A stretch of 64,000 nucleotides of DNA from an uncultured Alphaproteobacteria bacterium (GCA_902614085.1 CACMJS010000003.1:84945-148944), one strand, 5' to 3'. Positions 29,461-37,588 are shown, counted from the stretch's first letter. The notes: generated by a model not told the origin, from the letters alone. Numbers and translations: made by a program.

Positions 29461-30438
29461 TTAAATTGATAAAATCTTAATATAATGTGATAATTTTTCA
29501 CCTGCATCCCAGGCATCGCTTAGACTTTTTCCTAGAACCCAGTCTCCACTTAAAAATAATTTGTTATCCTTAGAATTAATCCAATTTTTTTTTGAAATAC
29601 TATTATAACTGACTTTTGTTTGCGCAAATAGCCATCTGTGTGATTTAATAAAACTTATCTCATTTTTTATACCAAATGTTTTTTCAAATATTGATTGAGC
29701 ATATTTTTCTAGATCAGATTTATCAATGCTAATATTGTTATTTGTATATTCAGAACTCATATTTAATACCCAACAATCATGAGATAATTCATTAAATTTG
29801 ATATTTTGATTCATAAAGAAACTAATATCTTTATGAAGATTTAATCCTGCTTTAATATTTATGTTGTTAATATCTTTATAACTTAACATTACAGTATGTA
29901 TTGGATCATAAGATGGTTCGCTAACAATCTGAGTAAAATCAATCAAATCTTTTGAAAGTTCTTTTGATTGTAAATACGGTATACAAATTAACACATAATC
30001 AAAATCTTTAAACTCTTCCTTTTCAGAAAATAGTGAGAAGAGATCATTACTATTTTTTGAAATTTTAATTATTTTTGAATTTAAATAACTTTTTACTTTA
30101 ATATTATCAAAAATAGACTTTGGAATAGAATTCATTCCATTTTGACCAATAATAATTTTTTTTCTAGTTTTTTTATTTTTTAAATAATTTGTTGCAAAAT
30201 CTATTTCTATTACTTGTCCCAAATTATATCTACTTATTACTTCATTTAATTGATTTACAGAATGATTTGTCGATAGATAATGTGCACCATGATCAAAAAG
30301 GTAATTATCATGCTTTCTAGTAGATACTCTTCCTCCTGGTCTCCATGATTTATCAAAAATTGTAATATTATGTTCTTGAAGATTATATGCAAGAGACAAA
30401 CCAGTCATCCCAGCTCCAATTATTGCAATATTTTTCAC
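29461..30438 (-). CDS. NAD(P)/FAD-dependent oxidoreductase (amine-oxidase/renalase-like)
   Basis: N-terminal dinucleotide fold IAIIGAGMTGLSLAYNL...DKSWRPGGR and a C-terminal GDW motif. Confidence 0.7.
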   Translation of the reverse strand: MKNIAIIGAGMTGLSLAYNLQEHNITIFDKSWRPGGRVSTRKHDNYLFDHGAHYLSTNHSVNQLNEVISRYNLGQVIEIDFATNYLKNKKTRKKIIIGQNGMNSIPKSIFDNIKVKSYLNSKIIKISKNSNDLFSLFSEKEEFKDFDYVLICIPYLQSKELSKDLIDFTQIVSEPSYDPIHTVMLSYKDINNINIKAGLNLHKDISFFMNQNIKFNELSHDCWVLNMSSEYTNNNISIDKSDLEKYAQSIFEKTFGIKNEISFIKSHRWLFAQTKVSYNSISKKNWINSKDNKLFLSGDWVLGKSLSDAWDAGEKLSHYIKILSI

Positions 30439-30439
30439 A

Positions 30440-30643
30440 TTAATTAATATTAATTATTTGAAAATTTTTTTTTCTTGAAGATTTAATTTTTTTTAAACCA
30501 AATTTACTGCATATATTTGTGTATCTCTGTTTTGCTGGTAAGTTAATTGTTTTAAAATGTATATTATCGTGACCGAACATCATTTTCTGACCATTAATTT
30601 CATATAATTTTTTATAAATACTAGATTTTCTTCTGATAACCAT
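30440..30643 (-). CDS. hypothetical small basic protein (67 aa)
   Basis: The ORF ends 1 nt before the oxidoreductase start and begins 3 nt after a 27-codon ORF. No motif recognised. Confidence 0.35.
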   Translation of the reverse strand: MVIRRKSSIYKKLYEINGQKMMFGHDNIHFKTINLPAKQRYTNICSKFGLKKIKSSRKKNFQIININ

Positions 30644-30646
30644 GAT

Positions 30647-30730
30647 TTAATAAAAAAAATATATAGTTAAATTTAAAGCAGCAAAGATAAACACTATCGC
30701 AATAGCTGCGTATAAATTTCTCTTGTTCAT
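30647..30730 (-). CDS. candidate 27-aa single-TM micropeptide (MNKRNLYAAIAIVFIFAALNLTIYFFY)
   Basis: I translated this by hand; it is too short for the ORF track. It has a basic N-terminus and a hydrophobic helix, and its stop lies 3 nt before the next ATG. Confidence 0.25.
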   Translation of the reverse strand: MNKRNLYAAIAIVFIFAALNLTIYFFY

Positions 30731-30774
30731 AAGTATTTATAGTTAAAATTATACTTAAAAGTCAAGACACTAAT

Positions 30775-31632
30775 TTAATTTAACATTAATGACTTTAAAA
30801 AATCTAAGTTTTCAATTAATCGCCTTAATTCTTCTGGATCTAATCCTTTTAAATTTTCTTTAAATAAATTTTGATAGTCTAAAGTATCAATACGATCCGT
30901 ATATATTTCTTTTAAAGAAATTGTATTTGAATTATCATAATCATAATTCCCAATTATTATTTTTGATAATGCAGGAAATATTAGTGATGTAGTTGTATAA
31001 GTTGCAAATCCTATGTCTCTGTCTTCGTCTTGTCTTTTGTCAATAAAGGTAAAATAAATAGCTATTCTTGCTGCACGTGTTAATTCTGCTACAGATAATT
31101 CATCATCTTGTGATACATCTAAAAATGAAAAAGTTTCATTAATACAATTTGCGGGATTACTATCATTATTACAAGTTTCTATTAATTGTGAATTCATTAA
31201 ATTAATTATTTCACCATAAATAATTTGAAAGACACTTGGTATTGATTCACATTTTTCATAAACGGAATAATCTGCTGAATTTAAAAAAGAATAATCTATA
31301 CCGTCCCAACCATCAGGAGCAGTAACTTCAAGTAAATTATCACCATCTTTTTTTAAAAAATAATAATAACTTCCATCTAATTCTCCCCATTTATAAGCTG
31401 ACCAATCTTGTACCTTTGATGTTTTAGACACATTAAAGCCAACATATGTCTCGTCAATCCACATACTTGTATTATTTGATATTATAAAAACTTGATATTC
31501 TGCGTCACAATCATCACTCCAAATACCTTGCATATCTTTTGGAAAATTATCTTCAAATATTAATTCTGCATTCAGGTGAAATGGTAATAATAAAAAAATA
31601 CTAAAAATTAATTTTACTAAATTATTCTTCAT
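30775..31632 (-). CDS. secreted protein with two C-terminal EF-hand-like Ca2+-binding loops
   Basis: Signal peptide MKNNLVKLIFSIFLLLPFHLNA. EF-hand loops DVSQDDELSVAE and DYDNSNTISLKE. Confidence 0.55.
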   Translation of the reverse strand: MKNNLVKLIFSIFLLLPFHLNAELIFEDNFPKDMQGIWSDDCDAEYQVFIISNNTSMWIDETYVGFNVSKTSKVQDWSAYKWGELDGSYYYFLKKDGDNLLEVTAPDGWDGIDYSFLNSADYSVYEKCESIPSVFQIIYGEIINLMNSQLIETCNNDSNPANCINETFSFLDVSQDDELSVAELTRAARIAIYFTFIDKRQDEDRDIGFATYTTTSLIFPALSKIIIGNYDYDNSNTISLKEIYTDRIDTLDYQNLFKENLKGLDPEELRRLIENLDFLKSLMLN

Positions 31633-32131
31633 AAGGCATAACTCTTATTACATCTCCGTAAATAATTACAACTCTTTGCCCATTTGGAAGAGCATTATCA
31701 TCTCCTTGTACAAAAGCTTTTTCTTGATCATTTTGGCAATTAGAAGTGTTATTACCACATTCATCAATATTCACTATATATTGGAAGCCATCATGATTGC
31801 CAATTTTAGCTTGAATTACTGAGCCCATAGCAGCTCCTCCAATAGTACCATATACTATCGCAATATCTTGACATTTAGTTCCTAATATTTCTTCTTCTCC
31901 ACATATTTGAGATGCTAAAAGACCTCCTATCATTGCTCCAGCAGTTGCTCCAATCCAATCACTTTCACCTTCAATCTTTACTGGAAGAGAGGTTTTGATT
32001 GTTCCATATTCAATATTAGTTACTTTTTGTGCATCAGATTTTTTTACTTTGTTTGGAGATGTAGTATTACAAGAGATTAGTGCAAAACTAATTATAAGGG
32101 GAATTACCAATAATTTTACTAATTTGGTCAT
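31622..32131 (-). CDS. lipoprotein with a glycine-zipper segment
   Basis: Lipobox FALISC after the signal peptide. Glycine-zipper stretches GATAGAMIGGLLA and GTIGGAAMG. Overlaps the downstream EF-hand gene by 11 nt. Confidence 0.6.
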   Translation of the reverse strand: MTKLVKLLVIPLIISFALISCNTTSPNKVKKSDAQKVTNIEYGTIKTSLPVKIEGESDWIGATAGAMIGGLLASQICGEEEILGTKCQDIAIVYGTIGGAAMGSVIQAKIGNHDGFQYIVNIDECGNNTSNCQNDQEKAFVQGDDNALPNGQRVVIIYGDVIRVMPYEE

Positions 32132-32227
32132 TAATTTATAACTTATTATAGTTAAAAATTGTCTAAAATAAGCAATTAATTTTAATAAATCATATAAATT
32201 TTCTAATAACTTACTATTTAAATATTG

Positions 32228-33706
32228 ATGAAAAGTTTATTTTTAATTCTTGGAAATCAATTATTCCCACATAAACATCTCAGTAAATATAAAGACTCAA
32301 ATATTTTTATGTGTGAAAGTTTTGATCTTTGTACCTTTCAAAAACATCATAAATTAAAACTCATTCTTTTTCTGTCCTCAATGAGATCTTATGCTGATGA
32401 ATTAAAAAAAAATAAATTTAAAGTAAATTATATTGATTTAAATAAAGATTTTAAAATATCCTACGAAAAAAAATTAGAAAATTTTATAAAAAAAAATAAA
32501 TTCGAAGAATTAATTTCTTTTGAAATTGAAGATAAATTTTTTGAAAAAAAAATAATCACCTTATGTAAAAAAAATAAAATTAAATTAACTTTTATTCAAT
32601 CACCCATGTTTTTAAATTCAAGAGATGAATTTAAAAATTATTTAAGTAAAACAAAAAAACCTTTTATGGCAAATTTTTATAAAATTGCCCGTGCAAAAAC
32701 AAATATTTTGATGGAAAATAATAAGCCCAAAGGTGGGAAATGGAGTTTTGATGAAGATAACAGAAAAAAACTCCCTAAAGATATTAAAATACCAGAAATG
32801 ATTACTGCAAAAGAAACAAAGCATACAAAAGTTTTAAAACAAGAAATAAATAAAATTTTTAAAAACCACCCAGGCAAAGTTGACAATTTTTGGCTTCCCA
32901 CAACTTATGATGATGCTGTTAAGTGGTTAGATTATTTTATTATTAAAAAATTTAATTTATTTGGAGATTATGAAGATGCAGTTGATACTAATAATAATTT
33001 TTTATTTCATAGTGTCCTAAGTCCCATGATTAATTTAGGTTTATTGACACCAGAACTAATAATTGAGAGAATAAGAAAAGTTGAAAATAAAATTAAAATT
33101 AATTCTTATGAAGGTTATATTAGGCAAATTATTGGATGGAGAGAATTCATTAGGGGCATTTACCAAAATTATGATCAACAATTAGAAGAAAATAATTTCT
33201 TTCAACATAAAAATTCTCTTACTAAAAAATGGTATGATGGTACAACGGGATTAGATCCTTTAGATCACTCAATTAAAAATGCTCAAAAATATGGGTACAC
33301 CCATCATATTGAGAGATTAATGGTTTTATGTAACATTATGAACTTATGTGAAATTAGGCCCAATGAAGTTTATAATTGGTTCATGGAAATGTTTGTAGAT
33401 AGTTCTGATTGGGTAATGTCACCTAATGTTTATGGTATGGGATTGTTTAGTGATGGAGGTATATTTAGTACCAAACCTTATATTTGTGGTTCTAGTTATT
33501 TTATGAAAATGATGAATTTTAAAAGAGGTAATTGGAATGATATTATGGATGGTTTGTATTGGCGTTTTATTAATAAAAATAGAAAATTTTTTCAATCCAA
33601 TCCACGTTTAAATATGATGGTTAATATATATGATAAAATGAATATAGAGAGGAAAAATCATATAATAAAAAAAGCAAATAAGTTTATTCGTGATAATACT
33701 AATTAA
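32228..33706 (+). CDS. cryptochrome/photolyase-family protein (photolyase-related, FeS-BCP/(6-4) photolyase-like clade)
   Basis: N-terminus LFLILGNQLF, then GWREFIRG, HHIERLM and SPNVYGMGLFSDGG...KPYI, typical of the 'deoxyribodipyrimidine photolyase-related protein' family. ATG at 32228, one codon after the TTG at 32225. Confidence 0.8.
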   Translation: MKSLFLILGNQLFPHKHLSKYKDSNIFMCESFDLCTFQKHHKLKLILFLSSMRSYADELKKNKFKVNYIDLNKDFKISYEKKLENFIKKNKFEELISFEIEDKFFEKKIITLCKKNKIKLTFIQSPMFLNSRDEFKNYLSKTKKPFMANFYKIARAKTNILMENNKPKGGKWSFDEDNRKKLPKDIKIPEMITAKETKHTKVLKQEINKIFKNHPGKVDNFWLPTTYDDAVKWLDYFIIKKFNLFGDYEDAVDTNNNFLFHSVLSPMINLGLLTPELIIERIRKVENKIKINSYEGYIRQIIGWREFIRGIYQNYDQQLEENNFFQHKNSLTKKWYDGTTGLDPLDHSIKNAQKYGYTHHIERLMVLCNIMNLCEIRPNEVYNWFMEMFVDSSDWVMSPNVYGMGLFSDGGIFSTKPYICGSSYFMKMMNFKRGNWNDIMDGLYWRFINKNRKFFQSNPRLNMMVNIYDKMNIERKNHIIKKANKFIRDNTN

Positions 33707-34083
33707 TGGATAAATTCGATGTTGTTGCAGCAATAATAATAAAACACGATAAATTTTTTATTGCACAAAGAAATAGAAATAAACATATGGGATTAAGTTG
33801 GGAATTCCCGGGTGGAAAAGTGGAAAAAGGTGAAACTTTTGAAATCGCACTCAAAAGAGAAATAAAAGAAGAACTCAATATAGAAATAAATGTTAAAAAT
33901 AAATTAGGTGAAGAAAATTATCAAGATGACAAAATAAATGTGAAATTGCATTATTTTATATGCTCTCATGCTAAGGGTGAAATTATTTTGAATGAACACG
34001 AGAATTCTGCTTGGGTTACAAAAAAAGATTTTAAAAATTATAATTTTGCTGAAGGAGATAGTGACATTATAAACTTATTATAA
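33706..34083 (+). CDS. mutT: NUDIX hydrolase (MutT-like nucleoside triphosphate pyrophosphohydrolase)
   Basis: Nudix box GGKVEKGETFEIALKREIKEELNI. ATG overlaps the upstream stop (TAATG). Confidence 0.8.
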   Translation: MDKFDVVAAIIIKHDKFFIAQRNRNKHMGLSWEFPGGKVEKGETFEIALKREIKEELNIEINVKNKLGEENYQDDKINVKLHYFICSHAKGEIILNEHENSAWVTKKDFKNYNFAEGDSDIINLL

Positions 34084-34179
34084 TTCTAATTTTAAAAACC
34101 TTTAAAACCTTAATTTTTCTACTTTTTTTTTCAAAAATTTTATTTTCTTTTATTTTAGTGATAAAGACCAACATCATTT

Positions 34180-34887
34180 ATGAAAGTTGATAAAGATCAA
34201 ATATCCGCATGGGGTGTTCATGCCTTCACTGGATCAGGAGCTATACTTGGTTTTCTTGCCTTAATATCAATATTAAATAATGATCAGGTTGGTAGTTTTT
34301 TATGGCTTGGTATGGCCTTACTTGTAGATGGAGTTGATGGTACTTTAGCCAGGAAAGTTGGTGTTGAGGAAAAAGCCCCAAATCTAGATGGAATTATTTT
34401 AGATTCCATTATTGATTATCTAAATTACGTTATCAATCCAGCTCTAATGATTTACTGGTTTCAAATGGTACCATCAGGTTTTGAAATGATTATGCCTGCT
34501 CTTATATTTGGAGTTTCTTTGTATACTTTTATCAACGTTAATATGAAAACGGATGATTATTATTTCCAAGGATTTCCTGCACTCTGGAATGTTGTGGTTT
34601 TATATTTCTTTATATTAAATACAAATGAATGGATAAACCTAATGGCTATAATTATATTATCAATATTGACATTTGTTCCATGGAAATTTGTTCATCCACT
34701 AAGAGTAAAATCATTTAGAAATTTAACGATTTTTTTTACTGTAGTTTGGGCAGCAACAACACTACGATTAGTGACAAAATCAGAAATAAACTTAATTATA
34801 AATGACACAATTGTTCTTTTAATATGGTTAATTTGTACTGGCTATTTTATTTATATTTGTTTTCTTAGATCGATTAAAGACTATTAA
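34180..34887 (+). CDS. pcs: phosphatidylcholine synthase (CDP-alcohol phosphatidyltransferase family)
   Basis: AWGVHAFTGSGAILGFLAL...FLWLGMALLVDGVDGTLAR...LDSIIDYLNYV closely follows the Pcs pattern, including the DG(x2)AR...D(x3)D motif. Confidence 0.8.
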   Translation: MKVDKDQISAWGVHAFTGSGAILGFLALISILNNDQVGSFLWLGMALLVDGVDGTLARKVGVEEKAPNLDGIILDSIIDYLNYVINPALMIYWFQMVPSGFEMIMPALIFGVSLYTFINVNMKTDDYYFQGFPALWNVVVLYFFILNTNEWINLMAIIILSILTFVPWKFVHPLRVKSFRNLTIFFTVVWAATTLRLVTKSEINLIINDTIVLLIWLICTGYFIYICFLRSIKDY

Positions 34888-34989
34888 AAACTTAAGTAAT
34901 TCAATATTATTTTGTATATGCAAAAAATGCATATCAACTAAGTATGAAATTCATTTTTAAAAAGAAATAAATTTTATTATTAAAATTTC

Positions 34990-35043
34990 ATCGTTCATTT
35001 TGAATAATTCAAAACGGAAGTAAACGAAAGTTGAAGGAACGCA
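34990..35043 (+). promoter_or_regulatory. glutamine riboswitch-like aptamer (glnA RNA motif), copy 1
   Basis: AUCGUUCA ... CGGAAGUA ... GAAAGUUGAAGGAACGC. P1 forms as CGUUC (34992-96) paired with GAACG (35037-41). Internal hairpins are UUUUGAA/UUCAAAA and AAC/GUU. Confidence 0.75.
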
Positions 35044-35056
35044 TGCAAGTTATTAA

Positions 35057-35109
35057 ATCGTTCAATCTGTATTAACAGATCGGAAGTAGGCTAAAGCTGA
35101 AGGAACGCG
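35057..35109 (+). promoter_or_regulatory. glutamine riboswitch-like aptamer (glnA RNA motif), copy 2
   Basis: AUCGUUCA ... CGGAAGUAGG ... UAAAGCUGAAGGAACGC. P1 forms as CGUUC (35059-63) paired with GAACG (35103-07). The hairpins AUCUGU/ACAGAU and GGC/GCU covary relative to copy 1. Confidence 0.75.
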
Positions 35110-35126
35110 GATCTTATTATTAATTT

Positions 35127-35178
35127 CCATAGCTAAGCATGAATTATAACGGATAAGAAAGGTTTGTTATAACTATGG
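35127..35178 (+). promoter_or_regulatory. imperfect hairpin between the aptamers and the operon (candidate expression platform)
   Basis: CCAUAG (35127-32) pairs with CUAUGG (35173-78), and UUAUAAC (35144-50) pairs with GUUAUAA (35166-72). The loop carries the purine tract AAGAAAGG, and the 3' arm contains AUG 35175. Confidence 0.4.
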
Positions 35179-35237
35179 TTAAAAAGTTAGATAATAAAAA
35201 ATTATTCTATTCAAATCTCATGAGGTTTACTCATTGA
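35175..35237 (+). CDS. candidate 20-codon upstream ORF (MVKKLDNKKLFYSNLMRFTH)
   Basis: Hand translation. AAAGG lies 12 nt upstream. Its TGA stop (35235-37) overlaps the ATG of the ATP-grasp gene (TGATG). Confidence 0.3.
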   Translation: MVKKLDNKKLFYSNLMRFTH

Positions 35238-36643
35238 TGTTTAATGAAATGTATCAATCTGAGTCAGTTATAAGAAATCATTATAACAATATTAATGATT
35301 GGTTGGATCAAATGACTTCAAAAGTTATTCTTGAAAAGAACGCTGAAGCTGAATCTCATTTTAGAAATATTGGAATTACATTTTCTACAAATAACGAAAC
35401 TGCAAGAGAAAGAATTATTCCGTTTGATTTAATTCCAAGGATATTTACTTATACAGAATGGTTAAGGCTAGAAAGAGGAGTAATCCAAAGAGCTAAAGCA
35501 CTTAATGCGTTTCTTGCTGATATTTATAATCAAGGTGAAATAATAAAAGCCAGTATAATTCCTAAAGAAATTATTTACAAAAAAAAATCTTTTGAACCTT
35601 CAATGTTTGGTTTTTCACCTCCTAGAGACATTTATAGTCCTATAATTGGTATTGATTTAGTTAGAACAGGCCCAAACGAGTATTTTGTTTTGGAAGATAA
35701 TTGTCGAACGCCAAGTGGTGTTTCCTACATGCTAGAAAATAGAGAAATAATGATGCGAATGTTTCCTGATCTATTTCATAACAATAGAGTAACGCCAATA
35801 GATGATTATCCTACAAGACTTTTACAAACTTTGATGAGCTTGGCTCCTATTAAATGCGAAAATCCAGAACCCGTATGCGTATTACTTACACCTGGTCCAT
35901 TGAATAGTGCTTATTACGAACATAGTTTTTTATCAGATCAAATGGGTATTGAAATGGTTGAATCAACCGATCTATTTGTCGAAGGTAAATACCTTTATAT
36001 GAAAACAGTAGATGGCCCAAAGAGAGTAGATGTTGTTTATAGAAGAATAGATGATGATTTTTTAGATCCTCTATGTTTTAATCCTCAATCTGTAATTGGC
36101 ATTCCAGGAATTATGGATGTTTATAGAACCGGAGGTGTCAATATTTGTTCAGCTCCTGGAGCAGGTATAGCCGATGATAAAGCAATTTATATATATGTAC
36201 CTGAGATGATTAAATTTTATCTAGGTGAACAACCAATCTTAGACAACGTTGAAACATGGAATTGTGAAAAGGAACAAGAATTAAAATACGTTTTAGATAA
36301 TATAAATGAACTTGTCGTAAAAGAGGTTGATGGATCTGGAGGATATGGAATGTTAATAGGTCCAAAATCTTCAAAATCTTCTATTGAAGAATTTAAAAAT
36401 AAACTCTCAACAAATCCAAAAGGATATATAGCACAACCTTTACTTGATCTTTCGTTTTCACCAACACTCATCAAAAATCAAGTTGAAGGAAGAAGAGTAG
36501 ATTTAAGACCATTTTGTTTAATAGGGGAACATGCTCAATTAAGTTCTGGAGGCCTAACAAGAGTAGCAATGAATGAAGGTTCGTTTGTCGTCAATTCTAG
36601 CCAAGGAGGCGGTGTTAAAGACACATGGGTTTTAGCTGAATGA
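35237..36643 (+). CDS. circularly permuted type-2 ATP-grasp protein
   Basis: About 470 aa with a pattern typical of the CP_ATPgrasp_2/DUF404-407 family (IPFDLIPRI, VLEDNCRTPSGVSYMLENR, YRRIDDDFLDP, NAPG.GIADDKA, VVKEVDGSGGYGM). GAGG lies 11 nt upstream of the ATG. Confidence 0.8.
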   Translation: MFNEMYQSESVIRNHYNNINDWLDQMTSKVILEKNAEAESHFRNIGITFSTNNETARERIIPFDLIPRIFTYTEWLRLERGVIQRAKALNAFLADIYNQGEIIKASIIPKEIIYKKKSFEPSMFGFSPPRDIYSPIIGIDLVRTGPNEYFVLEDNCRTPSGVSYMLENREIMMRMFPDLFHNNRVTPIDDYPTRLLQTLMSLAPIKCENPEPVCVLLTPGPLNSAYYEHSFLSDQMGIEMVESTDLFVEGKYLYMKTVDGPKRVDVVYRRIDDDFLDPLCFNPQSVIGIPGIMDVYRTGGVNICSAPGAGIADDKAIYIYVPEMIKFYLGEQPILDNVETWNCEKEQELKYVLDNINELVVKEVDGSGGYGMLIGPKSSKSSIEEFKNKLSTNPKGYIAQPLLDLSFSPTLIKNQVEGRRVDLRPFCLIGEHAQLSSGGLTRVAMNEGSFVVNSSQGGGVKDTWVLAE

Positions 36644-36652
36644 GGTATAAAA

Positions 36653-37588
36653 ATGTTAAGTAGAACAGCAGAATATCTATATTGGATAAGTCGTTATATG
36701 GAAAGAGCCGAAACAACTGCGAGGCTTTTGGACGTTGGTTATAGAATGTCTCTTTTCCCAAATCCTAGTGGTTATAATAATGAATGGGAATCAGTGTTAT
36801 CTGCTGCCGGAGCAATAGAAGGATATAAAAATAAATATAATACAATTGAACAAAGAAATGTTGAAGATTATCTATTTTTCGATGAAAGTAATCCTTCTTC
36901 TGTCTATAATTGTATTCTTAATGCTCGAAATAACGCATTAGTAGTTAGAACTTCCTTCACCCCTGAGTCTTGGTTAGCAATTAATAAAACTTATCAAGAG
37001 ATATTAAACTTAAAAGAAAAAAAATTTACTAAATCTGATTTACCTGACCTTACTGAATGGACCATAGAGCAAGTAAACTTATTTAGAGGATCGTTAAGTT
37101 CTTTGCTTAGAAATGATGGTTATAATTTTCTTTTTCTTGGATTATTTATTGAGAGGGCAGATAACTCAGCAAGATTATTAGATGTAAAGTACTTTGTTTT
37201 ATTACCTAAACCTCAATATGTAGGCGGTAATATTGATAATATGCAATGGAGTATATTGTTACGTTCTTTATCATCATTTAGAGCTTTTCGATGGGCATAC
37301 GATGGCAATATTACCGCAACTAAAATTGCTGATTTTTTAGTTTTAAATAATAACTGCCCTAGATCTTTAAGTTTTTGTATTCAGAATATTGTTAAACATT
37401 TAAATAATCTAACATGTAGTCCAGAAAAAGTTGGAAGAATTTATAATAATTTAAAAGATCTAAATTCTAAAATTCAAGAAGAAAAAATAGAAACAATTGT
37501 TGAATATGGTCTTCATCAATTCGTAACACAATTTATTAGAAAAATATCTAGTGTTGATAATGAAATACATAAGGAGTTTTTTAATTAA
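36653..37588 (+). CDS. alpha-E domain protein (DUF403 family)
   Basis: N-terminus MLSRTAEYLYWISRYMERAE and an internal repeat GLFIERADNSARLLDV, characteristic of alpha-E proteins that partner with cpATP-grasp enzymes. Confidence 0.8.
   Translation: MLSRTAEYLYWISRYMERAETTARLLDVGYRMSLFPNPSGYNNEWESVLSAAGAIEGYKNKYNTIEQRNVEDYLFFDESNPSSVYNCILNARNNALVVRTSFTPESWLAINKTYQEILNLKEKKFTKSDLPDLTEWTIEQVNLFRGSLSSLLRNDGYNFLFLGLFIERADNSARLLDVKYFVLLPKPQYVGGNIDNMQWSILLRSLSSFRAFRWAYDGNITATKIADFLVLNNNCPRSLSFCIQNIVKHLNNLTCSPEKVGRIYNNLKDLNSKIQEEKIETIVEYGLHQFVTQFIRKISSVDNEIHKEFFN

Noticed and set aside
30440-30643. The 67-aa ORF as one of the small conserved proteins that often accompany photolyase clusters (DUF2256 or TIGR03643-type).
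   Set aside because: It lacks the Cys pairs of DUF2256 and does not match the pattern I recall for TIGR03643. I left it as hypothetical.
32642-32901. Two minus-strand ORFs (60 and 74 aa) inside the photolyase-related gene.
   Set aside because: They are shadow ORFs in a K-rich region; the reverse complement of lysine codons gives Phe-rich pseudo-peptides.
34916-34934. The hairpin ATATGCA-AAAAA-TGCATAT after pcs, as a terminator or as the riboswitch-operon promoter element.
   Set aside because: It is a short AT-rich stem with no following T-run. -10-like hexamers (for example TAAAAT at 34981-86) are too common in this composition to call a promoter.
35110-35233. A possible third glutamine aptamer or a glutamine-II (Downstream-peptide) motif between aptamer 2 and the operon.
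   Set aside because: The CGUUC...GGAAGUA...GAAGGAACG blocks do not recur here; only ACGGAUAAGAAAGG is vaguely similar. The region is better described as a simple hairpin plus uORF.
36217-36474. A minus-strand 85-aa ORF inside the ATP-grasp gene.
   Set aside because: It is a shadow ORF; the plus-strand gene has strong family signatures throughout this segment.
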